From: a virus
Lineage: Duplodnaviria > Heunggongvirae > Uroviricota > Caudoviricetes
Virus record (IMG/VR): IMGVR_UViG_3300028559_000005
Reading direction: 5' to 3' (one strand)
DNA length: 64,000 nt
The notes below the pieces were generated by a model, which did not search any database, had not been told where the DNA came from, and saw only the letters and a program-made list of their open reading frames with translations. The translations under genes and the position numbers were made by a program. Numbering within the stretch: the first letter of the stretch is position 1; the number at the start of each line of letters is the position of its first letter. Below, piece by piece: positions 54,756-63,959 of this stretch.

Positions 54756-55331
54756 TTATTCAAACAATGTGTTCCAAGTTGATGTTGCTATGTAACTTTT
54801 TTTATCAATGTAAGATTCATCCTTGATGTTGCCAATTGGGATGTGGCCATGCAATTCCAGATGTTCTTTAATTAATTGTCTTTCAAGTTGTTTTACGTGT
54901 AGAACAGGATCATGAATACTAGGGCTTGGCACCTTGGTTAAATCATAAACCGTAAGTTTCATTCCAACACGATTTAGATTCTTTCCAGTTTTCTGAAAAA
55001 AATATTCGTCAATGGTACGCATATCACTGCCATTTGGCCCAGACAATCGATATTTCCACCCAAGTAAATGTCCAGCTTGTCGATATGTACGATCACCTGA
55101 GTTTGAGTTCTTATCTACACTAATCCCATGTTTGACTATCATTTCTTGATATTCAAATGTGTATACATAGTAGATTACATCTAAAGCCTTCATGATTGAA
55201 GAAATATCTGATGCCTGAGAAAGTGAAGCCAATTCAATTTCGTAAACTGGATACGGAGTAGTTTTTAATATTCGATAACTCATTTTACATCTCCTTGGGG
55301 AACAATCCTTCAGCAACATTGCCTTCTTCAA
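54756..55331 (-). CDS. Putative GIY-YIG-like nuclease
   Basis: IYYVYTF...VKHGIS...RTYRQ...LERQLI; AT-rich. Probable start is MSYRI near 55283. Confidence 0.45.
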   Translation of the reverse strand: MKKAMLLKDCSPRRCKMSYRILKTTPYPVYEIELASLSQASDISSIMKALDVIYYVYTFEYQEMIVKHGISVDKNSNSGDRTYRQAGHLLGWKYRLSGPNGSDMRTIDEYFFQKTGKNLNRVGMKLTVYDLTKVPSPSIHDPVLHVKQLERQLIKEHLELHGHIPIGNIKDESYIDKKSYIATSTWNTLFE

Positions 55332-56331
55332 TACCCATCTTGGCTCCTTCGCCGTGATATGGCAGATTCAATGTGCCACCGTTCCGCATGTACAGTTCAC
55401 GCAGGAAGTTGCTCATTGCACTTGGGGCACTCCAGGTACTACCTGGATTTACATGTTCCCATTGCACTTTGGCCTTGGCGTGAATCAAGTTGGAACTTTT
55501 AAAGGTATTCTTGACTAATTTAAGAACGTCTTGCATCCAACCGGCAGGCAACGGTGTAACAACTGCATTGATGCGATGCAGCTCGTACAATCCAATGTAC
55601 ACACCCTGATCAATTTCTTCTTGCATAGGGAATACATCTTTGATTGCAGTTAGAATATTAAACAACACCTTTCCGCTGTCATCAACTTCAATGCCTTTTT
55701 GTGCATACTTAAAGTGACTGAAGAAATGATCGTTGTCGCCGCGCAGGTTGTCGCTGGCACGTGATCCTTTGTCTTGCAAGTCAATACCCACAGCATCAAA
55801 TTGATCTTGCATAGTGCGAGCTCGTACCACTTTGATATCACGGCTTCCATTTTTGTAACGCACTAGGGCATTACGATGAAGGTCGCCAGGATTCAGTCGC
55901 TTGACGCCAGTATCATTGAGCATTTCAAATGCATAGCTGGCAAAGTTTGGGTCGTCAGTTTCAACCACAGCACAAGGAATTTCTGTAAATCCCAGAATAC
56001 CAGCTGCAATAGTACGATGCTGGGCATCATACAAATAGGTCTTGGGCAATCCATTCAGGCGACAGGCAGAACCTGGCGAACAGATACGAGGATCCCATTT
56101 GCGCATGATGTTAATGATGTGCTTGTGAATAACATCACGTTGCACCTCATAGTCGATCCAGAGATCCTCAATCAAGATCATTGTGCTTACTGGAAATTTA
56201 TGTGACATTGCACGAGCACGGGTTTTCCATGCGTCAATGTCTTTTTGTGTTACTCCGTAGTGTGCTTTGAGTTGAGTTTCAACCTCGGCAATAACATCCG
56301 TGAGTTTACGTGTGAGGCGTTTAGCTGCCAT
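55285..56331 (-). CDS. ParB-like DGQHR-type domain protein
   Basis: LWIDYEVQR...YLYDAQHRTIA; upstream TTGACC-17-TATACT near 56384-56412. Confidence 0.55.
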   Translation of the reverse strand: MAAKRLTRKLTDVIAEVETQLKAHYGVTQKDIDAWKTRARAMSHKFPVSTMILIEDLWIDYEVQRDVIHKHIINIMRKWDPRICSPGSACRLNGLPKTYLYDAQHRTIAAGILGFTEIPCAVVETDDPNFASYAFEMLNDTGVKRLNPGDLHRNALVRYKNGSRDIKVVRARTMQDQFDAVGIDLQDKGSRASDNLRGDNDHFFSHFKYAQKGIEVDDSGKVLFNILTAIKDVFPMQEEIDQGVYIGLYELHRINAVVTPLPAGWMQDVLKLVKNTFKSSNLIHAKAKVQWEHVNPGSTWSAPSAMSNFLRELYMRNGGTLNLPYHGEGAKMGIEEGNVAEGLFPKEM

Positions 56332-56414
56332 TTGAGTTACCTTTCTTACCGGAACAATACCGGATTAGTTAATTAAGTGTGTAGTATAGCAGCACCTGCG
56401 ATACTGGTCAACCT

Positions 56415-56771
56415 CTAAATAATTGCTATTTTTTCGTTGGCAGATCTGCGATCACTGTACAACTGCTCGCCCCTGGCTCGAATCAAATCAGCTGCCGATT
56501 GCGGATGTTGAGTGAACATTTCCACAAGATCTTCTCGGTCTATACTACCATCCACACCGATGGCATAGATTTCATAATGCCGTTGTGGATTAAACCTTGC
56601 GCGAAGTTTCCAGTGCTCGATGTTGAAATTCTCTTTAGGCACAGGTTTGTTGCCCAATATAGCCCAGGCTTTGAGAGCAGGATCGTAAACTTCGGCCACA
56701 GCTTCTAGTCCGTTGCAATCCCACATCACAACAAACGTTCGTGGGCGCGGTTCTTGATCGTCTTGAATCAT
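56415..56771 (-). CDS. Hypothetical protein
   Basis: 118-aa ORF (FVVMWDCNGLE...RARFNPQRHYEIY). Confidence 0.65.
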   Translation of the reverse strand: MIQDDQEPRPRTFVVMWDCNGLEAVAEVYDPALKAWAILGNKPVPKENFNIEHWKLRARFNPQRHYEIYAIGVDGSIDREDLVEMFTQHPQSAADLIRARGEQLYSDRRSANEKIAII

Positions 56772-56992
56772 AATTGAAATTGCTTTAGCACTTGTTTGGC
56801 TTGATTGAAATTCTTGATGTCAAGCTCTATAGTCTCATATTCCAGTAGACACATCAACGTACTGGCTTGAACTTGGTCTTGTTCATTGAGATTTTCATAC
56901 CAGGAGAGAAATTCATCACGTGTGGAACAACTCCAAATCTTATCCAACATGGCATATTGTGATCGGGTAAGGTTGTCAATTTTTATAAGCAT
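56768..56992 (-). CDS. Hypothetical protein
   Basis: 74-aa ORF, translationally coupled. Confidence 0.6.
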   Translation of the reverse strand: MLIKIDNLTRSQYAMLDKIWSCSTRDEFLSWYENLNEQDQVQASTLMCLLEYETIELDIKNFNQAKQVLKQFQL

Positions 56993-56997
56993 GGTTG

Positions 56998-57282
56998 TTA
57001 CTTTTCTTCGTTGTTGATTAATCCGTTACTGCGTCGATCTGAAACATTATCTAGGTCTTGTTCCAATCGTCTTTCTTTGATTGATTTTATACCTAAAACT
57101 TTTTCTCCCGAGCAAAGCAAACATTTGGGATTGCCACAATCCAATGCATGGTGTTTCACAAACTTGTGAGGTTCTGTAACTGGAACTCTAAAAGTTTTGG
57201 CGATCTTGGTTTGCTTTTTCACAGCATTCTCATCTTTTTGAATGCGCTTGTTTTTTTTGATTTTGTCTTGTTCTGTGCTCAT
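56998..57282 (-). CDS. Hypothetical protein with CxxxxCxxC motif
   Basis: HALDCGNPKCLLC; start moved to the ATGA overlap. Confidence 0.6.
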   Translation of the reverse strand: MSTEQDKIKKNKRIQKDENAVKKQTKIAKTFRVPVTEPHKFVKHHALDCGNPKCLLCSGEKVLGIKSIKERRLEQDLDNVSDRRSNGLINNEEK

Positions 57283-57512
57283 TGCCACCTCAGTAAAAAT
57301 GCAAAATAATCTCGCTCACTGTCGAAATAAAAAACATATCTACCTGGCTGTTGATAATTGCTCATCTCTACCAGTTGCCATCGCCAATCATGCACCAGTT
57401 CATCTTTGCACCATTCGATCATCTGGTCCAGAATGCCTGTTTTCTTTCCAAGTTCATGCGAATGTCGAAAACTTTCCTTGTCGCGTACAGCATAATGATC
57501 TAAAATTTGCAT
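57279..57512 (-). CDS. LRW-family paralog 6 (ends FLLRWQ)
   Basis: W..D...W.W...Y.FYFDSERD..AFLLRW. Confidence 0.65.
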   Translation of the reverse strand: MQILDHYAVRDKESFRHSHELGKKTGILDQMIEWCKDELVHDWRWQLVEMSNYQQPGRYVFYFDSERDYFAFLLRWQ

Positions 57513-57537
57513 GTATTATTATATATGTACTCGTCTT

Positions 57538-57729
57538 CTATCTCTGACACTTTAGACCATAGAAGGTGGTCATTGTTTGGTCCTGAAACATCAGCACCAC
57601 AGATTTGGGATTTGGAATATATTTCCAACAAAAGTCCTGGCCTTGCACAAGACCATCATTTCTCAATTGGTAACATATTTCTATACCACGAGCAGCACTG
57701 GTATTCTCAAACACAATTTCATACCACAT
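57538..57729 (-). CDS. Hypothetical protein (possibly a divergent LRW-family member)
   Basis: Ends MFQDQTMTTFYGLK. Confidence 0.5.
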   Translation of the reverse strand: MWYEIVFENTSAARGIEICYQLRNDGLVQGQDFCWKYIPNPKSVVLMFQDQTMTTFYGLKCQR

Positions 57730-57952
57730 ACGATGCTCGTATGTATTGTTCTAGTTCAGGTGTATGCATGTCAAATAGCTGCAACACAGCATCGTATATC
57801 TCAAAATACTGGCAAAAACTTAGACCATACTCGATGCCCTTTAACGCATCCCAGGTATAGAGCTTTTGCCAGTGTTCAAAGTCAGATTCTGAAATCTTGA
57901 GATCTCTAGCATTGAAACGAGCACTCAGTTGGTCTACCATATTTTTAAACAT
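57719..57952 (-). CDS. Hypothetical protein
   Basis: 77-aa ORF. Confidence 0.55.
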   Translation of the reverse strand: MFKNMVDQLSARFNARDLKISESDFEHWQKLYTWDALKGIEYGLSFCQYFEIYDAVLQLFDMHTPELEQYIRASYVV

Positions 57953-58709
57953 TCTTGCTCAATCTAAAAGTTTTTAACAAAACATAATACTGGTCTTGCT
58001 CACCATAGAATGGTTTCCAGCTTGCATTACGTCCAGCAACTGATATACTGCCACTATCAAATAAACTATCCATGACTCCGTACAAACTATTTGTATGCCC
58101 AACTGCAACCATAACCGGGCAGTCCTGACAGTCACGAAACCAAAATTGAGTAGTATCGTGTGCCCGTCGATATTGCACTACACGTTCTACGCTATGCAAG
58201 TTCCAAACAAGTGGTCCAGGAGATTGTGTCCTCAGGCGTGCTGGTACTGGTTTTGTCAATTTCATCACGTTGGCCACAGCTTGGTCTTCATGATAAAAGT
58301 ATGGCAAACGATACAGCATACCAACTTCGGCTTTGGTCAGCTCGTGATTGCCCACAAGAAATGCACCCAACTTGGCTCGCCAGTCAGACACTTTTTGATC
58401 ACGTAGTTTTGCCATGACCAACTGATCCAAAAAGTGTTTTCTCACAGCAGCACCACACACACGGTCTTCTTCAGTGACCTCTGTGATTTCTTCAAGATCT
58501 GTCCATAGTCCGTCTCCAGCATTGCCAATGCGCCAACTGGCACAACTCAGCACCACTGGATCGTCTTGAAACTTTAGTTTAGGACTGCTGGTATACGGAT
58601 CTGGCAGGTTAACTTCTGTACTAGTATCAAACACAAATGTCATATCAATCCCAAAGATTTTGATAATATCGGCCGAACAAACGAAATCCATTTTGGATTC
58701 TATTTTCAA
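57945..58709 (-). CDS. Hypothetical protein
   Basis: 254-aa ORF; start uncertain. Confidence 0.6.
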   Translation of the reverse strand: MKIESKMDFVCSADIIKIFGIDMTFVFDTSTEVNLPDPYTSSPKLKFQDDPVVLSCASWRIGNAGDGLWTDLEEITEVTEEDRVCGAAVRKHFLDQLVMAKLRDQKVSDWRAKLGAFLVGNHELTKAEVGMLYRLPYFYHEDQAVANVMKLTKPVPARLRTQSPGPLVWNLHSVERVVQYRRAHDTTQFWFRDCQDCPVMVAVGHTNSLYGVMDSLFDSGSISVAGRNASWKPFYGEQDQYYVLLKTFRLSKNV

Positions 58710-59310
58710 CTACTTTCATTCCATCATAATCACATTTGTATGTGTTGTTAGGACCATCTTTCATTTGAAAAAACTTATGTTCACCTTTGGGCACTTCGTT
58801 ACCATGCACATCAACTGGAACCCACAGCATATCAATTTCGCCTTCACGGAAAGCATCTTCCCAGGAGTTGTCAACTTTGCACTCAAATGCAAAGATCATT
58901 TCGTTTATGACCCACTCCCAACGAGCAAAGTGGTTGCTGTCAGTGTCATACTCATTTTCTTTGGGGGCTGCTTCGGTGCTGCGTAGGCCAAGGCCTTCGG
59001 GCAGATCTGAATCATCTACAAAGCCAGCGCCGTGTTGTTTTTCTTTCAGTTGTTTCAGCATGGGCAGGATGATGTGGGCCAGGGTATAATCCATGCTCCA
59101 AGTGTCATAGCGATCAATCTTCACATACTCAATCTTGGGATGCACAAAATCCAAGAACCGTTGTGCAGCCACACACAGTGGATTCAGTCGATTCTTCCAC
59201 CGTTCAATCACAGGCTCGTCGTACTCAATCTCACGCCAGAAAAACACTTTTTCTAGTATGGTATACGGACTCAGCCAATGGTCACGATAACCAGATAGAT
59301 ATACTTTCAT
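58645..59310 (-). CDS. Hypothetical phage protein
   Basis: YDTWSMDYTLAHIILPML.QL...HG...RW.W...EMIFAF...GFRLFG.YY..LWD. Confidence 0.7.
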   Translation of the reverse strand: MKVYLSGYRDHWLSPYTILEKVFFWREIEYDEPVIERWKNRLNPLCVAAQRFLDFVHPKIEYVKIDRYDTWSMDYTLAHIILPMLKQLKEKQHGAGFVDDSDLPEGLGLRSTEAAPKENEYDTDSNHFARWEWVINEMIFAFECKVDNSWEDAFREGEIDMLWVPVDVHGNEVPKGEHKFFQMKDGPNNTYKCDYDGMKVVENRIQNGFRLFGRYYQNLWD

Positions 59311-59492
59311 TTTTCAACCTTTTGAATTTCCCAAGTGCCATCGTTACGGTCAATCCATTTTAGATTGTCGCCGGTGTTCCATCCTGCTTCATCCAACATG
59401 TCTTTGGGAAATGGCAACACAAGATCACCACTGCCGTCTTCGGCTTGTTCCAATGTAACTGTCCAAATTTTGCAATTTTCTGTAGTCATCAT
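59307..59492 (-). CDS. AbrB-like small DNA-binding protein
   Basis: GDLVLPFPKDMLDEAGW..GD.LKW.D..DG.W. Confidence 0.6.
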   Translation of the reverse strand: MMTTENCKIWTVTLEQAEDGSGDLVLPFPKDMLDEAGWNTGDNLKWIDRNDGTWEIQKVEK

Positions 59493-59650
59493 TTGCTCCT
59501 GATACGATCAAGCACCTGTTTAGCTTCACTGAAGTCACTGTGCTCTATTAGAGATTCTTCCAGCTGTTCTTGTAGTTTACAAATAGTTGCCTCCACTGGA
59601 TACGGTTGTGACCAACGCACTGTGTATGATACCAGTTTGTAATCATTCAT
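59489..59650 (-). CDS. Small hypothetical protein
   Basis: Start moved to MNDYK. Confidence 0.5.
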   Translation of the reverse strand: MNDYKLVSYTVRWSQPYPVEATICKLQEQLEESLIEHSDFSEAKQVLDRIRSK

Positions 59651-59651
59651 A

Positions 59652-60545
59652 TTATACCTCAAACGTTTGCAAAGTCCAAACGTCAGCCTGGTGTTCGTAA
59701 CCAATGTATCCACGTGGGTTACATACCACACGACATGAACCAATCATGTAATCAAAGTTATGATGGGTATGTCCATGTGTCCATAACTTGATCTGCGGAT
59801 GATTCAACATCAACTCACTCAAGTCCGAACTATATGCGCCATTCATCATGACATCATCCTGGTACTGTGGTTTGGTACTGAGCTTGCTAGGAGAATGATG
59901 TCCTACCACTACAAACTTCCCTGCGGGATTCTCTGCCACTGCTGCACGAATAACTGTGAGCATGGCTTTGTGATCTTCCACAGAATCCTCTGGTGTGAAC
60001 GTAGCCGGCCGTTCGTGAAATGTCACAATCTCTCGATCGGGATCATCAGGAAACTTTGGATTAGGCTGGTAACCTTTGAATGTGATCATTCTAAGACTAT
60101 TTTTGATGCAACGGTAATCATTCATCATTTTACGAATACTATACAAAGTATGTGGATCTTCTTGATTCATATCAGTCCACAGTGTACCGCACACAAAGGT
60201 CACATCACCCAGTGTGATGGTTTCTTTTTCCAGCACATGAAGGTTCTTCAAGTAGGCCAGTTTTTCACGAAGGTGGGATATTGTGGTACCGTAGTCACCA
60301 TGATAATGTTCATGGTTGCCCACGATGTAAATCACGTGCTTGAACTGTGCTGCACAGTTTTCAAAAAATTCGTGATACTTATGGCTCTTGGTATGTTCGC
60401 CCAGGAGATTGTGAACGTCACGATCAGCTAGATCACGTGCCACACAGATATCGCCGCTGAGAATCAATACATCGGCACCTTCGGTGTTGTGCAGTTCAAG
60501 TGGTCCAAATTCCAAGTGTACATCAGATGCTAGTGCTATTTTCAT
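59652..60545 (-). CDS. Calcineurin-like metallophosphoesterase
   Basis: SDVHLE, LSGDI, GNHEHY, VVGHH, HGHTH. Confidence 0.92.
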   Translation of the reverse strand: MKIALASDVHLEFGPLELHNTEGADVLILSGDICVARDLADRDVHNLLGEHTKSHKYHEFFENCAAQFKHVIYIVGNHEHYHGDYGTTISHLREKLAYLKNLHVLEKETITLGDVTFVCGTLWTDMNQEDPHTLYSIRKMMNDYRCIKNSLRMITFKGYQPNPKFPDDPDREIVTFHERPATFTPEDSVEDHKAMLTVIRAAVAENPAGKFVVVGHHSPSKLSTKPQYQDDVMMNGAYSSDLSELMLNHPQIKLWTHGHTHHNFDYMIGSCRVVCNPRGYIGYEHQADVWTLQTFEV

Positions 60546-60888
60546 GTAATACTTTCAATTGCTGTTTCAATATGCTTAATGCAGCAGGGTCACCTTTGGC
60601 CACTGCTGCTTCTTTGTCTGGATACCGTTGTTCGAATCGATCTCGGATTTCTTCAATATTTCGTCCGGTACACACAAATTCTTTTGTAAAGTAATTATAA
60701 CACAGAAATTGGTCATTTACAGGTTCAACTTCTAAAATAACCAAAGTTTTGTTGGCCACTCTTGTCAATATATCTTGTGCTTCGGGCGTGATCTCAACTG
60801 CTGGGTTTACTCGTACAGCTTGAAACAAAGAAACTATTACCCATCCAACAAGTATGCTTATCACAACTGGAAGTAAAAAGTCTAACAT
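60523..60888 (-). CDS. Hypothetical membrane-anchored protein
   Basis: N-terminal TM segment; FLCY...FVCTG. Confidence 0.6.
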   Translation of the reverse strand: MLDFLLPVVISILVGWVIVSLFQAVRVNPAVEITPEAQDILTRVANKTLVILEVEPVNDQFLCYNYFTKEFVCTGRNIEEIRDRFEQRYPDKEAAVAKGDPAALSILKQQLKVLHENSTSI

Positions 60889-60895
60889 ACAGTAA

Positions 60896-61204
60896 TTACC
60901 CCTGACGAATTGATTCTAGTGTGATCATTTTGCCCAATTCACGCTCAAAGTCCAGATCATCTGGAATCACATAGTGACGGAATTGATTGTCATCCTTGCG
61001 TCGATCGTAGTGTCGAAATGTTATAATCTTGCCACCTATAGCTGGCATCACAGTGATGTTCAAGCCTGTATGGCTATCAATATTGTCACTGTTACTACGA
61101 ACAGCGGTAAATGTGTCAGGACTGGACAACCCGTATTTTTCTTGCTGGTCACAGTACTGATCTTCTTGTGCCCAACGAACGATCATGCGTTTAAACCATT
61201 TCAT
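60896..61204 (-). CDS. Hypothetical protein
   Basis: Start moved to MKWFK (ATGA overlap). Confidence 0.6.
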   Translation of the reverse strand: MKWFKRMIVRWAQEDQYCDQQEKYGLSSPDTFTAVRSNSDNIDSHTGLNITVMPAIGGKIITFRHYDRRKDDNQFRHYVIPDDLDFERELGKMITLESIRQG

Positions 61205-61653
61205 GCTGCTTTCCTTTGTGTCAAATATTGTTCCCACTGTACCCATTTATTCTTGACCAAGAATCCCCAATCACGTTGTTTGATACCTGGCATGAACAAG
61301 GTCCAGCATTGAATATCTGGATCCAGTTCAATCCTGTGATAGGTATTGGCCTTGGCTATACGGAAACTGCCTGCACCGCACCAACGAGCAATTTCACCCA
61401 TTTTGCGACCTTGATTATCAAACTGTGGTTGCCATTCCCAATAGCCACCTTTCAAAATTAGTGTGGCAAAGGGCCATGGATGATCATGTACATCGTCCGG
61501 ATCTGATTTCAAGAACTTATGCACAAAGATATTAAATGGAAACCAGTTGCGATCTTTGAGAAACACATAGTAGCGTTCCAAATAAGGCTCGTTGTCTACG
61601 CGATCTTGAATAACACGATGCCGACCCAGTTTTTGAAAAATTTTCTTAATCAT
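61201..61653 (-). CDS. Cupin-fold protein
   Basis: HKFLKSDPDDVHDHPW..ATLILKGGY.E...YHRIEL...WTLF. Confidence 0.7.
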   Translation of the reverse strand: MIKKIFQKLGRHRVIQDRVDNEPYLERYYVFLKDRNWFPFNIFVHKFLKSDPDDVHDHPWPFATLILKGGYWEWQPQFDNQGRKMGEIARWCGAGSFRIAKANTYHRIELDPDIQCWTLFMPGIKQRDWGFLVKNKWVQWEQYLTQRKAA

Positions 61654-61706
61654 TGATCAATTCCTTCATGATTGTATTATACATGAACTGTGGTTATTGG
61701 GCAAGA

Positions 61707-61733
61707 AAAAACCCTGCATTGAGCAGGGTTTTT
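61707..61733 (-). terminator. Rho-independent terminator
   Basis: AAAAACCCTGC-5 nt-GCAGGGTTTTT downstream of 61757..62056. Confidence 0.8.
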
Positions 61734-61756
61734 GGTGTGGAACCTAGTTAATAGGA

Positions 61757-62056
61757 TTAGACCAAACCAAGTGCCATTGCTCGGTAACCAGCAGCCACCA
61801 ACTTGCGGCTGGGCTTGCCAATCACGTACTCAGTGACTTGCACACCATTGCCAGCTTTACGGTTGTTGGCATATACTGCAAATCCGGCTTGACGAACGCG
61901 GCTAACTTCGGCGCTCATGTTCTTGATGCCAAAACGCTTTTCAGCAGCAGCAGGGGTCACTGCTTCGCCATTTTGCAAGGCGGTGAACAGTTTAAAAGTT
62001 TTGGTGTTTTCGCTAATACGCATGTTTTTAATCTCCTGTAAAGTTGCTGTTGCCAC
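61757..62056 (-). CDS. Small HTH-like DNA-binding protein
   Basis: ALQNGEAVT...AEKRFGIKN.SA.VSR.RQAG.AVY...Y.IG.PSR. Confidence 0.6.
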   Translation of the reverse strand: MATATLQEIKNMRISENTKTFKLFTALQNGEAVTPAAAEKRFGIKNMSAEVSRVRQAGFAVYANNRKAGNGVQVTEYVIGKPSRKLVAAGYRAMALGLV

Positions 62057-62173
62057 AGCATGATCTTAGTATAAGCGATCTGTCATATCAATGCAACATT
62101 TTTGGCAATCAATTTTGCCAAAATGTTTAGAAATAAACGGCGCACATAAATAACAATGTAACCGGAGGCACCC

Positions 62174-62605
62174 ATGTTACACACCATAACACAACCCAAC
62201 GAATATCTACTGTCTTTGATAAAAGATGATCCTGTACGTCCAGAAATTCCTCTCAGCGACCGTGTGAATCACAACAGTCGAATTTATGTCTGGATGAATG
62301 GTGACGAAACTGCTGCTGTGACTTGTGTAAAGTTTCTAGAGTCAGTTCCTGCTGCTGTGGAAGATATGGCCAACATGGTCGAGAGTGCCACCACAGCGGT
62401 ATTTTATACCATCTGGAGTTATGCTGCCGGTGCTGGTCGTGTGTTGATCCAAGAAGCTCAAAAGAGCATAGAGACTGAATTTCCGGGCATACAGACCTAT
62501 GTGACCTTGAGTCCCAAAACCGAAATGGCTCGGCGTTTTCATCTCAAAAATGGTGCTCGAGAACTACGCGAAAATCTCAACACCATCAACTACATTTATA
62601 AGTGA
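62174..62605 (+). CDS. Putative GNAT-fold protein
   Basis: AVFYTIWSYAAGAGRVLI...YVTLSP.T..ARRFHLKNGA; ATAAATA and SD GGAGG upstream. Confidence 0.55.
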   Translation: MLHTITQPNEYLLSLIKDDPVRPEIPLSDRVNHNSRIYVWMNGDETAAVTCVKFLESVPAAVEDMANMVESATTAVFYTIWSYAAGAGRVLIQEAQKSIETEFPGIQTYVTLSPKTEMARRFHLKNGARELRENLNTINYIYK

Positions 62606-62671
62606 TTAGATAAATAAAATACACACACATCACACACACTTTCTATATTCCACAAACTAATAGGAGGGTGT

Positions 62672-63193
62672 ATGTACCAGGAATATCTAATTTATTGGAT
62701 CCATAGCGATCAAGAAACCAGCATAGAAACACAAGGCTATGTTGGTATTACTAAAGACCTAACTCGCAGACTTAAAGAACACAGAAGAAAACACAACTTT
62801 CTGGACAACAGAACGGTAGATGTTTTTCTTTATGGTGATAAACTCTATTGTAAACAAATAGAAAAATCATTGCGGCCTAAACGCAATGTTGGGCTAAACA
62901 TTGCCGAAGGCGGTGGGCTCCCCCCAAATGTGAAGGGTATTAAACGGAGCATGGAAACCAGGGCCAAAATAAAAGCCAGCATGGTTGGGTTTAAGGGCCA
63001 AACACATTCGGAAGAAACCAAAGCAAAGATGAGATCAGTAAAAAGAACTCCACATTTACATACAGAAGAAACTAAAAAACGGTTATCAGAGATTGCCAAA
63101 AATCGAACAACGCCCAATTCTATGTTAGGTAAAAAACATTCCCCTGAAACAATAGAAAAAATAAGGGCCAAGGCCAAAGCTCGATGGACATAA
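62672..63193 (+). CDS. GIY-YIG homing endonuclease with NUMOD3 repeats
   Basis: YLIYWI...YVGIT..L.RR..EH; repeated HSEETKAKM / HTEETKKRLS / HSPETIEKI. Confidence 0.85.
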   Translation: MYQEYLIYWIHSDQETSIETQGYVGITKDLTRRLKEHRRKHNFLDNRTVDVFLYGDKLYCKQIEKSLRPKRNVGLNIAEGGGLPPNVKGIKRSMETRAKIKASMVGFKGQTHSEETKAKMRSVKRTPHLHTEETKKRLSEIAKNRTTPNSMLGKKHSPETIEKIRAKAKARWT

Positions 63194-63197
63194 AAAT

Positions 63198-63219
63198 GAA
63201 AGCCCCGCAAGGGGCTTTC
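63198..63219. terminator. Bidirectional terminator hairpin
   Basis: GAAAGCCCC-GCAA-GGGGCTTTC between convergent genes. Confidence 0.85.
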
Positions 63220-63558
63220 TTATACTTGCTTGATATGTCTGCAATCACCGCGGAAACGAAATCCTGAGCAGGTACAACTATAGCTGCCATCAAGTTCTGT
63301 GACTTTGTACTCATCGCCTTTGCTACCTTTTACAGTCCAGGTACGGCCTTCGGGTTCTTTCAAACCAGTCGCAAACTGCACTGGATTCACCACAAACTTG
63401 CGACCACGGGTATCAATACGGATAAAGTTTTTAAACGTTTTGATGTCGTCTGTGACGCGGGGCCGGAACGCATACATCTTGGTCTTGCTATCATCCAGCA
63501 AGTAGATGCCGTTGGGAACAGAGTCCTTGTAGTCGGTTGTTTCGGCAAACCATTTCAT
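63220..63558 (-). CDS. SWIM zinc-finger protein
   Basis: VKGSKGDEYKV...SCTCSGF.F.GDCRH. Confidence 0.75.
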   Translation of the reverse strand: MKWFAETTDYKDSVPNGIYLLDDSKTKMYAFRPRVTDDIKTFKNFIRIDTRGRKFVVNPVQFATGLKEPEGRTWTVKGSKGDEYKVTELDGSYSCTCSGFRFRGDCRHIKQV

Positions 63559-63567
63559 TTTGATTCC

Positions 63568-63735
63568 TTAGCTGAGTCTACGGGCATTACGTTGATATTG
63601 ATATTCACGTCTAAGCCACCATTTGTATCGAACAAAGTATTCTTTAAAAGTATGGCGAGGTTGGCCGTATCCATCCAGCTCGTCGCAGTTTTCACGCCAT
63701 AACTCAACCAACCAATGTCGAAATGACTGATTCAT
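63568..63735 (-). CDS. 55-aa hypothetical protein (below the track cutoff)
   Basis: MNQSFRHWLVELWRENCDE...YKWWLRREY*. Confidence 0.6.
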   Translation of the reverse strand: MNQSFRHWLVELWRENCDELDGYGQPRHTFKEYFVRYKWWLRREYQYQRNARRLS

Positions 63736-63737
63736 GT

Positions 63738-63959
63738 TTAGTTCCCGCCTTTAGTAGAGATACTAGTGTTAACCAACAGATTGAACAGGAACTGTAGACC
63801 CCACGCCTGAAGCCACGTGATCTCGTTGACGCCATTGATGGCACCAACCAAGCACCCGTTCCACAGCATCCAAACAGGCCAACTCAACAGGAAGGACAGC
63901 AAAAACAGGCCTGCAATCACAGTAACGATTGTTCCAATGGTCTCAGAAATTTTTATCAT
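63738..63959 (-). CDS. Small membrane protein
   Basis: Hydrophobic; WPVWMLWN...EITWLQAWG. Confidence 0.6.
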   Translation of the reverse strand: MIKISETIGTIVTVIAGLFLLSFLLSWPVWMLWNGCLVGAINGVNEITWLQAWGLQFLFNLLVNTSISTKGGN

